Positions 38,641-49,978 of a stretch of 49,978 nucleotides of DNA are shown in pieces. The stretch spans positions 1-49,978 of the forward strand of contig CAXHJY010000278.1 in the NCBI GenBank assembly GCA_964016885.1, read 5' to 3'. Under the pieces are notes generated by a model that had not been told where the DNA came from, did no database searches, and saw only the letters and a list, made by a program, of their open reading frames with translations. Within the stretch, counting starts at the first letter, position 1. Each line of letters begins with the position of its first letter. Made by a program: the position numbers and the translations under genes. Source of the stretch: Eledone cirrhosa (lineage: Eukaryota).

Positions 38641-39377
38641 ACAATTGGCCAAGCATGGTGAGCACAGCCTCACCCTTGATATGACCAAAACTAATCAAAA
38701 AGCAGTGGAGGTGAACCATGGAAGGATTCCTTCAACAGGAGTGAGAAGGCCCAGGATTGGATTGGATGCAGTGAAAGAACTACAGGATCAGTCAACACTA
38801 CCCTGTTTTTAAGGACATCACCCACAACTCTCAGATATTTGCCCTCCTCTAGACACTGGGATCATCACAGGATCAGTCAACACTACCCTGTGTTTAAGAC
38901 TACAACTAAACAGCCATCCACCCCAACTATGGGTTAAATAGCCTCACTAACCCACAATTAGCCAAGCATGGGGAGCACATCTACATTCTTGATATGACCA
39001 AAATGAATCAGAAAGTATTGTAGGTCAACTAACTGAATGGGAAAAGATGGGTATCAGCACATATGGGTAATGAACCCACATCTTTTGTTTACCAGACAAG
39101 AGTGCTGCCATTACACCAATGAACTCAACCATCTCCTTCCATTATGTTTAGGAGCTATAATATAATAGTGATAGGTAAGAAAAGAACGTATGTTTAGAAA
39201 GTGGCAACATTAAACTATTTTATTTAGTCAAAGTAAAAGCTGACCTTGCGCAATTGCACCTCTCAAAGACAATGACACAAGATCAAGATCTGTGGTGAAG
39301 ACACACCTTCCCATGTGCATGGACTCAAACATACATCTTGTAGGCATCCCTTAACCACTATATCACCCACTCCTGTT

Positions 39378-39742
39378 CACACCACCCTTACAATGTAAAG
39401 TTATGTGGGTATCACAACAAAATGCATCCAGTCCACACTGTAAAGTGGTCGTGTGGGTGTCACAACAGAAAGCACCTTGTCCACACTGTAAAGTGGTCGT
39501 GTGGGTGTCACAACAGAAAGCACCCACTCCACACTGTAAAGTGGTCGTGGAGGTCTCAGCACCCAGCACACACTGTAAATGTGGTTGGCGTTAGGAAGGG
39601 CATCCAGCTGTTGAAACCTAGCCAGAAACAGTTCTATATGAGCAAGACACGGTCACCTGATTTATCTTGCCACTAATGGGACAACCCGTCTAGCCCATGC
39701 TAGCATGGAAAGTGGACGTTAAATGATGTTGGTGATGATGAG
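39378..39742 (+). mobile_element. SINE B/RTE-type tail with 4-5 tandem internal modules
   Basis: ccacactgtaaagtggtcgtg... is repeated, then ttaggaagggcatccagctg...catgctagcatggaaagtggacgttaaatgatg. Confidence 0.75.
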
Positions 39743-40019
39743 AGTAATGACAAAATGTTCTAATTCAATCTTCAAATTCTGTTCAGTAAAAATTAAACCA
39801 AAACACTTTCATTTATATCAACATATAACTGGAAGAGTATTGAAATTTATAATTATATTCATAGGAATCTACCCATTTGTATAATGATAATATTTATTCT
39901 AAATCTTGGAGAATCACCAAATTATATAGAACAAAGAACAAACGAAAAAAATTTTAAAATGAAATTTCTCACAATTGCAAAAATTCCTAAACAGATTTTC
40001 TCCACGATGTCCCTCCATT

Positions 40020-40828
40020 CTCTGTGTTCCTTTGTTATCTGCTCTGATTGCTTCAGTGATTTGAGATCAGCTCAGGTCTTCCTTATTTTCTCTCTACTGT
40101 TACTAACTTTCTGGGATTTCCTTGCATTTCGTTACCCAACAATCCTCATCCATACAAATCACATATTCGTACAAGTGCAGTCTTCTCTTCATTAATGCTG
40201 CACACCCATCGAAGCATGCCGGTTTCATTTCTCTCCAGCCCTCACTTATCCCATGACTTGCTACCATCCAACATCACATGCAGGCATCATACTACTCGCC
40301 TTTCATAGGCAGAGATAATCTTTTGTTGTCATTAGAGGTAGTAACTCGCTGAACATTTCCATTCTCTTCTTAGTCAAGCTACTCTGCTCTCAGAACAACC
40401 TCAACCACTGCTAGTTGGGTCACCTAGGTAGCAGAAGCTATCAACTACATCCCTGAAGACTTTCTGGGATCAGGAGATTGGGTAGAATCTACACAATGTA
40501 TTGTGTACATCATATTGAGTTTCTACCTACTCCTTTTTTCATCATCTATCTTCCATGCTAGCATGGGTTTTTACATATGCGATCAGGGGCCTGTCTCTTG
40601 TCCTACTTATAAAAACTTTGATTTTTCCCAAGTTTATCCTAAGCTCTATTGATTCTCATTTCTGTTTCGACAACAGGAATTTGACAAGCTCTTCCAGTGA
40701 TTCAGGGTGGCATATAAGTATTCCCATGGACAGTCAGTTCTAAAGTCCTCTATTCTGGTCTGAGGAACTATAATAAACAGGAGTGGGATGAGGTCCAAGC
40801 ACTGATGAACATCTACTGAATTTCTCAC
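40020..40828 (-). mobile_element. Highly degenerate RTE RT remnant
   Basis: PLLFIIV...DCPWEYLYA and SFCYLGD-like segments, colinear with 31921-33000. Confidence 0.7.
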
Positions 40829-41013
40829 TTAACCCTTTAGCATTTACATTATTCTATACCAGAGGTTCTCAAACTTTTGGGCCACTGCTCCCACCCCCCT
40901 CACTTTCACCTATGTATTACCCTCATCACCCACTACACCTATTTACAGAGAGACCTGCCTACACACAAATTATAAATAATATATAATAAATAAAATCGTT
41001 CATTTATATATAA

Positions 41014-41153
41014 CTAGCAGAATGGCCTGATGTTGCTCAGGATTTTCTCTAGGGTTCTTATATATTTGATATATATTTATCCTTGTCGAGCCTCGTGAAA
41101 TAAATACGTTTGTTTATATTTTGTTATTGTGTATGCAAAAATATCTGTACACG

Positions 41154-41222
<69 letters not shown>

Positions 41223-41897
41223 GGCGTATGGCGGAGTGGTTAGAGAATTGGATTCACAATCGTAAGGTTGTGAGTTCGATTCCTGGACCAGGCGATGCGT
41301 TATGTCCTTGAGCAAGACACTTTATTTCACGTTGCTCCTTCTACCTGGAGTTGCGACCGATAGATAGTATTAGCAATTGGAAAGACCAACGGAAACATTG
41401 TTCCCTCGGTCCGATTTGACGAAAGTCGATCGTTCCTTTATATATATTAAAATAACAGATTAAAGTTTAAGCAAAGAATTGGTGCTTTCACCCTTAACGG
41501 GATCTTCTGAAACTACAAAAATCAATCTGTGAACGCAGAAGTAAATATTTCGAAAAACGTTACACACTATATATATATATACACACACTATATATACATA
41601 TATACACACACACAGATAGCGATGTCATAATGTCGTAATGCAGACAGCCAGACATACAGACAGATAGTATAAGGGCGCAACGTTATATCTATGTATCTAT
41701 CATAAAAGAAAGACTAAGAATTATAGAGAGAGATCGCTACATTGCCTAATGCGGTCCCTAGGGCAGTGAAAATTCGAAATATTTTTGCTCACAGGACCAT
41801 AAGTATTACATGTGTAAAGTTTGAAAACAATCGGTTGGGTGATTCTCGAGTTTTAGGGAGTCAGACAGACAGACATTCTCTGTTTTAGATATATAGA
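41014..41897 (-). mobile_element. Non-autonomous Helitron
   Basis: The minus strand starts TC and ends cctgagcaacatcagg-ccattctg-CTAG. The A|T empty site is visible in the MITE copy near 9612. Confidence 0.8.
41222..41340 (+). mobile_element. SINE B-related head with a different 3' continuation
   Basis: A box tggcggagtggtta, B box gagttcgattcc, ccttgagcaagacactt. Diverges from family B after ttgctcc. Confidence 0.7.
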
Positions 41898-41905
41898 TAA
41901 ATAAT

Positions 41906-42091
41906 TGTTTCTACTTTAGGCACAAGGCCAGCAATTACCCAGTGTATTACTGGTACTTTATTTTATCGACCTCGTAACGATGAAAGGCAAAGTTAACCTC
42001 AGCGGGATTTGAACTCAGAATGGCAAGGGCCGTAACTCTATGCATCAAAGCATGGCGTCTGACTCTCTACCGATACTGCCAATCGACCACC
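41906..42091 (-). mobile_element. SINE family A with 17-bp TSD
   Basis: atatatagataaataat at 41889-41905 and 42093-42109. Confidence 0.88.
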
Positions 42092-42692
42092 TATATATAG
42101 ATAAATAATATAATATATACTATGTATAAATAAACATTATATATTTTTCATTTTACAATATATATAATATGTATCACTTGATATTTAATATACTATTATA
42201 TTATGTCTACCCCACCCCTGCCCTTTAAGCTCCGGCGCCACCTGGACATTTTCAATTTGTGGGTGATTGTTTGTCTGGGTATCTGAATGTCGACAGAAAG
42301 AACGCTTCCTGAATCATCTGTCAACATTCCTTTTCCATACAATCTCATTTAAACCAAGCTGATTATCTGAATAAGGTGATAGAATTGTTCTCGGAAATGT
42401 TGAATTAACTGTTGTGGAACCACTTCTCCCTCTATATATATAATCATAATATAATAAAGGGAGGAGTGCGAGACTGTGTCCCAAATATATTTTTTTTATC
42501 CCATAAGTAAAATAAGTTGGATTACTTTGAATAAATAACAAATGAATATCACATAATTTATCTACTAAATTTCATAGCTGTTGATTAAACAGAAATATTC
42601 TTATATATAATGATTGCTTATTTTAAGATTTACTTCTTTTAACATTTTCAAATGTCTACACTTCTGGTTAGCGTTCGTTATATCATAACACT

Positions 42693-42878
42693 AGGGTGGT
42701 GGATTGGCAGTATCGGTAGAGGGTCGGACGTCATGCTTTCCAGCATAGTTACGTCCCTTTACGATCTGAGTTCAAATCCCGCCGAGGTTGACTTTGCCTT
42801 TGATCCTTACGGGGTCGATAAAATAAAGTACCAGTAATGCACTGGGTAATTGCTGGCCTTGTGCCTAAAGTAGAAACA
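42693..42878 (+). mobile_element. SINE family A with 16-bp TSD
   Basis: gttatatcataacact at 42677-42692 and 42879-42894. Confidence 0.9.
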
Positions 42879-42935
42879 GTTATATCATAACACTTATTAC
42901 ATTGCTTATATTAATATCCATATATTTGTATAAGG

Positions 42936-43305
42936 CGATGACACACGACCGTGACCTCTGGCGTCACGCAGTAATACAGAGTACCCGACCTCCCATGGGT
43001 ACAAGCTGAAGCATATAGACAATATGCCCCCACGACCCCCACTGCAAGGTGGTCGTGGAGGTGCCACGGCAAAAAAGCACCCAGCCCACACTGTAAAGTG
43101 GACGTGTAGGCGCCACGAAAAAGCACCCAGCACTCACTGTAAATGACGTTGGTGTTAGGAAGGGCATCCAGCTGTAGAAATCAAGCCAAATCAGTTCCTG
43201 TATGAGCAAGGCATGGTCAGCCGACCAGACACTGCCCACAACAGGACAACCCGTCTAACCCATGCTAGCGTGGAAGAATGGACGTAAAACGGTGATGATG
43301 ATGAT
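42936..43305 (+). mobile_element. Severely 5'-truncated copy of the second RTE lineage
   Basis: Near-identical to the reverse complement of 31634-31993. tataagg on both flanks. Confidence 0.88.
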
Positions 43306-43584
43306 ATAAGGTTTCATTACATTTCTCCTAATGCAGTTTATATATAATATCGTCTTTTTTAAATGTATCATGGATTACTTTACTGATTATATAGACAGTG
43401 TAACACAGTCTCTCTTCAGTTTCTTATGATTTTATTTGACGTATCATATCTACATGCATGTATATTTGCATACAATATCAATATGCACACTACACATGCT
43501 AGCAGAAAAACACGCTTCAGGTGGTTTTTCTGCTAGTATAATATAACTGTGTACAATTGCCTCCTGCATTGTGTTCGTTCATTT

Positions 43585-43760
43585 CAACTGTAAACGTGGT
43601 TGGTGTTAGGAAGGGCATCCAGCTGTAGAAATCAAGCCAGAGACACTTCCGTACGAGCGAATCACTGTCTCCCAACCATTCCCGCATCAAATGGAACAAA
43701 ACCGTCTAACCCATACTAGCGTGGAAGATAGACATTGAACGATGATGGTGATGATGAGGA
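43585..43760 (+). mobile_element. SINE B/RTE 3' tail fragment
   Basis: gttggtgttaggaagggcatccagctgtagaaatcaagcc...(GAT)n-like end. Confidence 0.7.
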
Positions 43761-43813
43761 TATATGTGAGAAAGAGAGAGATTTGTGTTTATGTGTATGT
43801 ACATATATAAATG

Positions 43814-43873
<60 letters not shown>

Positions 43874-44425
43874 CCTGTACGTGTCATCAACATCTTTGTT
43901 TAATGTCTATTTTCCATGCTAGCATGGCATATATAGTTATATATTCTTACACACTCATAAACGCACACACATACACACACATATATATACAAGGGCCCCC
44001 AATAATGTATACACACTTTGATTACATGTGCAGGCAATATTTATTAGAATACTGTTGAAGTGTATATACATTTCTTGGGGACAGCCTGTATTTACAGAGC
44101 TATATTGTATATAGTATGTAGTGTTGCAGTATATGTGGCACCATATCAGGAAGGCAATGTCTAAATACACTATATTAGGAGTTAAAACAACAAAACTGGT
44201 TACAACCATACAATACTATAAAATAGAGAATGTCTGCAACAGTTTTTATGTTGTTGAAATTATATCAGGAAATATGTAATTGTTGTTTTATATGATCTAG
44301 CCTCTCTCTCTATATCTCTCCCCCTCTCTCATTGTTTCATTTAATTTCATTCTCTCTCTCTCTATCTCATATATATATATCAAAATTATGTATATGCATG
44401 TATGTGTATATATATATATATATAT

Positions 44426-44545
44426 ATAGGAACGAGTAGGACCCCGACGGCTGAGCTCAAGCCGTTTCGACGGCTAATTATGGACGTCCAGAATTAGCCG
44501 TCGAAACGGCTTGAGCTCAGCCGTCATGGTCCTAGTCGTTCCTAT
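44426..44545. repeat. 120-bp spacerless palindrome made of two hammerhead 3' halves
   Basis: 60-bp arms centred on ggac|gtcc (44485/44486) with 4 mismatches. Each strand reads GAAA-CGGCT-tgagctc-AGCCG-TC. Confidence 0.9.
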
Positions 44546-44796
44546 TACCCACTCTACTACCCTAAGTATTGAGTACTTTGGTGCGTTATGGTCCACCTGG
44601 TTCCTTACCACATTTCCTTCGTTATATATATATAAATAATTACAACGGTGATAGAAACAGATACTTAAGTTTTGTTGGGTTCTGGACCCCAACTCATTCA
44701 GCCTGTTATAAAATTAATAAGGATGGCCAAAAGAGGTTGAATTTGGCTTCCTTCCGAAGATAGTTCAAGAGTGCCCTTACTCTTGGATATTTCTAC

Positions 44797-44863
<67 letters not shown>

Positions 44864-44867
<4 letters not shown>

Positions 44868-45201
44868 CACATGGCTTAGTGGTTAGAGCATTGGCCTTGT
44901 AATCGAAAGGTTGTGAGTTCAATTCTCAGACCGGGTGATGTGTTGTTTCCTTGAGCAAGACACTTTATTTCACATTGCTCCAGTTTACTCAGCTGTAGAA
45001 ATAAGATGATAGGGACTGGGGTCCCTATCATTCCACTGCAAAGTGGTCGTGGAGGTGCCATGGCAAAAAAGCACCCAGCACTCACTGTAAAATGAGGTTG
45101 GTGTTAGGAAGGACATCCAGCTGTAGAAATCAAGCCAGAATCAGTTCCCGTCCCACCCTTGCAAGCAGGGAAAAACGGCCGTAAAATGATGATGATGATG
45201 A
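44864..45201 (+). mobile_element. SINE family B (short-tail variant)
   Basis: Near-identical to 27160-27497. Confidence 0.87.
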
Positions 45202-45298
45202 TATATAGAAAGAGAAAGAGAGACCCACACATAAATACATACACACACATATAGTGACGAAACATAAGCCAATTGCATGAACACATAATCCTTTATTT

Positions 45299-45354
45299 AC
45301 TGCTATATATATTTCGATGACAGCCATTGAATGGCTATGACCTCATCAAGCAGC
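45299..45354 (-). ncRNA. Type I hammerhead motif with a C3U core variant
   Basis: Minus strand reads gctgc-TTGATGA-ggtcatagccattcaatggctgtcatc-GAAA-tatata-TA-gcagt. All three stems pair. Confidence 0.65.
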
Positions 45355-45669
45355 TAGTCAGTTCTTAGATATGCCAGCTCTGTGTTTATGGTGTTGATTG
45401 AGACATATATATATATATATATATCATCATTTTACATCCATTTTCCACACTACCATAGGTTATATATATATATATATATATATATATGTTAAGTATTTCC
45501 GTAGAAAAGGTAAAAGAAAGAAGAGTGCTCTATGTATAGTACAGAGCTATTTAATTATATAATAAACAACATAATATATGTATTCCATTCCCTCAGGTTT
45601 TATGAGATTAGATGATTCTAAGAGAAACGTCCAGTTCACTCATCAGGTGAAATATTATTCCAAGATTTT

Positions 45670-48600
45670 CCCTCTCCACCTTTACCATCAACACATCTCT
45701 ATTTCACACTCCCCCTCCCCACCTTTACTATCAACACATCTCTATTTCCCCCTCCCTCTCCCCACCTTTACAATCAACACATCTCTATTTCACCCTCCCC
45801 CCTCCCCACCTTTACCAGCAACACATGTCTATTTTACCCTCCCCCTCCCCACCTTTACCATCAACACATCTCTATTTCACCCTCCCCCTCCCCACCTTTA
45901 CCATCAACACATCTCTATTTCCCCCTCCCCCTCCCCACCTTTACCATCAACACATCTCTATTTCCCCCTCCCCCTCCCCACCTTTACAATCAACACATCT
46001 CTATTTCACCCTCCCCCTCCCCACCTTTACCAGCAACACATCTCTATTTCACCCTCCCCCTCCCCACCTTTACCAGCAACACATCTCTATTTCACCCTCC
46101 CCCTCCCCACCTTTACCATCAACACATCTCTATTTTACCCTCCCCCTCCCCACCTTTACCATCAACACATCTCTATTTCACCCTCCCCCCTCCCCACCTT
46201 TACCATCAATACATCTCTATTTTACCCTCCCCCTCCCCACCTTTACCATCAACACATCTCTATTTCTCCCTCCCCCTCCCCACCTTACCATCAACACATC
46301 TCTATTTTACCCTCCCCCTCCCCACCTTTACCATCAACACATCTCTATTCACCCTCCCCCTCCCCACCTTACCATCAATACATCTCTATTTACCCTCCCC
46401 CTCCCCACCTTTACCATCAACACATCTCTATTTCACCCTCCCCCTCCCCACCTTTACCATCAATACATCTCTATTTCACCCTCCCCCTCCCCACCTTTAC
46501 CATCAACACATCTCTATTTCACCATCCCCCCTCCCCACCTTTACCATCAACACATCTCTATTTACCCTCCCCCTCCCCACCTTTACCATCAACACATCTC
46601 TATTTCTCCCTCCCCCTCCCCACCTTTACCATCAATACATCTCTATTTCACCCACCCCCTCCCCACCTTTACCATCAACCCATCTCCATTTCACCCTCCC
46701 CCCTCCCCACCTTTACCATCAACACATCTCTATTTCACCCTCCCCCCTCCCCACCTTACCATCAACACATCTCTATTTCACCCTCCCCCTCCCCACCTTT
46801 ACCATCAACACATCTCTATTTCACCATCCCCCTCCCCACCTTTACCATCAACACATCTCTATTTTACCCTCCCCCTCCCCACCTTTACCATCAACACATC
46901 TCTATTTCCCCCTCCCCCTCCCCACCTTTACCATCAACACATCTCTATTTCACCCTCCCCCTCCCCACCTTTACCATCAATACATCTCTATTTCACCCAC
47001 CCCCTCCCCACCTTTACCATCAACCCATCTCCATTTCACCCTCCCCCCTCCCCACCTTTACCATCAACACATCTCTATTTCACCCTCCCCCCTCCCCACC
47101 TTTACCATCAACACATCTCTATTTCACCCTCCCCCTCCCCACCTTTACCATCAACACATCTCTATTTCACCATCCCCCTCCCCACCTTTACCATCAACAC
47201 ATCTCTATTTTACCCTCCCCCTCCCCACCTTTACCATCAACACATCTCTATTTCCCCCTCCCCCTCCCCACCTTTACCATCAACACATCTCTATTTACCC
47301 TCCCCCTCCCCACCTTTACCATCAACACATCTCTATTTCCCCCTCCCCCTCCCCACCTTTACCATCAACACATCTCTATTTCCCCCTCCCCCTCCCCACC
47401 TTTACCATCAACACATCTCTATTTCACCCTCCCCCTCCCCACCTTTACCATCAATACATCTCTATTTCACCATCCCCCTCCCCACCTTTACCATCAACAC
47501 ATCTCTATTTTACCCTCCCCCTCCCCACCTTTACCATCAACACATCTCTATTTCACCATCCCCCTCCCCACCTTTACCATCAACACATCTCTATTTCACC
47601 CTCCCCCCTCCCCACCTTTACCATCAACACATCTCTATTTTACCCTCCCCCTCCCCACCTTTACCATCAACACATCTCTATTTCACCCTGCCCCCCTCCC
47701 CACCTTTACCATCAACACATCTCTATTTCACCCTCCCCCTCCCCACCTTTACCATCAACACATCTCTATTTCACCCTCCCACCCCCACCTTTACCATCAA
47801 CACATCTCTATTTCACCCTCCCCCTCCCCACCTTTACCATCAACACATCTCTATTTCACCCTCCCCCTCCCCACATTTACCATCAACACATCTCTATTTC
47901 ACCCTCCCCCTTCCCACCTTTACCATCAACACATCTCTATTTCACCCTCCCCCTCCCCACCTTTACCATCAACACATCTCTATTTCACCCTCCCCCTCCC
48001 CACATTTACCATCAACACATCTCTATTTCACCCTCCCCCCTCCCCACCTTTACCATCAACACATCTCTATTTTACCCTCCCCCTCCCCACCTTTACCATC
48101 AACACATCTCTATTTCACCCTGCCCCCCTCCCCACCTTTACCATCAACACATCTCTATTTCACCCTCCCCCTCCCCACCTTTACCATCAACACATCTCTA
48201 TTTCACCCTCCCCCTCCCCACCTTTACCATCAACACATCTCTATTTCACCCTCCCCCTCCCCACATTTACCATCAACACATCTCTATTTCACCCTCCCCC
48301 TTCCCACCTTTACCATCAACACATCTCTATTTCACCCTCCCCCTCCCCACCTTTACCATCAACACATCTCTATTTCACCCTCCCCCCTCCCCACCTTTAC
48401 CATCAACACATCTCTATTTTACCCTCCCCCTCCCCACCTTTACCATCAACACATCTCTATTTCACCCTGCCCCCCTCCCCACCTTTACCATCAACACATC
48501 TCTATTTCACCCTCCCCCTCCCCACCCTTTACCATCAACACATCTCTATTTCACCCTCCCACCCCCACCTTTACCATCAACACATCTCTATTTCACCCTC

Positions 48601-49978
48601 CCCCTCCCCACCTTTACCATCAACACATCTCTATTTCACCCTCCCCCTCCCCACCTTTACCATCAACACATCTCTATTTCACCCCTCCCCCCTCCCCACA
48701 TTTACCATCAACACATCTCTATTTCCCACTCTCCCCTCCCCACCTTACCATCAACACATCTCTATTTCACCCTCCCCCTCCCCACCTTTACCATCAACAC
48801 ATCTCTATTTCACCATCCCCCTTCCCCACCTTTACCATCAACACATCTCTATTTCACCATCCCCCTTCCCACCTTTACCATCAACACATCTCTATTTCAC
48901 CCTCCCCCCCTCCCCACCTTTACCATCAACACATCTCTATTTCACCCTCCCCCCTTCCCACCTTTACCATCACACATCTCTATTTCACCCTCCCCCTCCC
49001 CACCTTTACCATCAACACATCTCTATTTCAACCCTCCCCCTCCCACCTTTACCATCAACACATCTCTATTTCACCCTCCCCCTCCCCACATTTACCATCA
49101 ACACATCTCTATTTCACCCTCCCCCTCCCCACCTTTACCATCAACACATCTCTATTTCACCCTCCCCCCTCCCCACATTTACCATCAACACATCTCCTAT
49201 TTCACCCTCCCCCCTCCCCACCTTTACCATCAACACATCTCTATTTCACCCTCCCCCCCCTCTGCACCTTTACATCAACACATCTCTCTATTTCACCCTC
49301 CCCCTCCCCACCTTTACCATCAACACATCTCTATTTCACCATCCCCCTCCACCACCTTTACCATCAACACATCTCTATTTCATCCTCCCCCTCCCCACAT
49401 TTACCATCAACACATCTCTATTTCACCCTCCCCCCCCTCTGCACCTTTACCAATCAACACATCTCTATTTCACCATCCCCCTCCCACCTTTCCCATCAAC
49501 ACATCTCTATTTCACCCTCCCCCCTCCCCACCTTTACAATCAACACATCTCTATTTCACCCTCTCCCCCTCCCCACCTTTACAATCAACACATCTCTATT
49601 TCACCATCCCCTCCCCACCTTTCCCAACAACACATCTCTATTTCACCCTCCCCCCTCCCCACTCTTTACAATCAACACATCTCTATTTCACCATCCCCCC
49701 TTCCCACCTTTACCAACAACACATCTCTATGTTCACCATCCCCCTTTCCCACCTTTACCATCAACACATCTCTATTTCCACCCTCCCCCCCTCCCCACCT
49801 TTACAATCAACACATCTCTATTTCACCCTCACCCCCTCCCCACCTTTACCATCAACACATCTCTATTTCACCATCCCCCTTCCCACCTTTACCAACAACA
49901 CATCTCTATTTCCCCCTCCCCCTCCCCACCTTTACCATCAACACATCTCTATTTCACCACCTCCCCCCCTCCCCCACC
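45670..49978. repeat. C-rich satellite, 43-44-bp unit x ~100, runs off the window
   Basis: Unit tttaccatcaacacatctctatttcaccctccccctccccacc. Confidence 0.97.

Larger units (their letters stand above)
40860..42258. mobile_element. hAT-like MITE, second copy, split by a Helitron and a SINE
   Basis: TIR cagaggttctcaaactttt. 40940-41013 and 42101-42258 match 9540-9712 and 10175-10232. The right TIR is not seen. Confidence 0.7.

Overview
This is AT-rich, repeat-dominated eukaryotic DNA. The SINE, RTE and (TA)n/(GAT)n make-up resembles an octopus or other cephalopod genome, which is an inference from repeat style and not a database result. I find no convincing host protein-coding gene, and most ORFs in the track are translations of microsatellites or satellites. 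Supported content: (1) one near-intact RTE-clade LINE (APE + RT, single premature stop) at ~3955-7255 (-); (2) several truncated copies of a second RTE lineage with a PHD-like Cys/His insert; (3) a Penelope-like GIY-YIG endonuclease remnant and a CRE-like restriction-like endonuclease remnant; (4) two tRNA-derived SINE families in about 20 copies; (5) three non-autonomous Helitrons, plus hAT-like and piggyBac-like MITEs; (6) about nine minisatellite/satellite arrays. The most interesting signal is non-coding: a dispersed set of type I hammerhead ribozyme motifs of the minimal Penelope type (1842-1912, 29180-29252, 29491-29554, 45299-45354, plus weaker ones). It includes an inverted head-to-head pair and a 120-bp snap-back palindrome built from two hammerhead 3' halves. 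Element boundaries were read by eye and may be off by a few bases.
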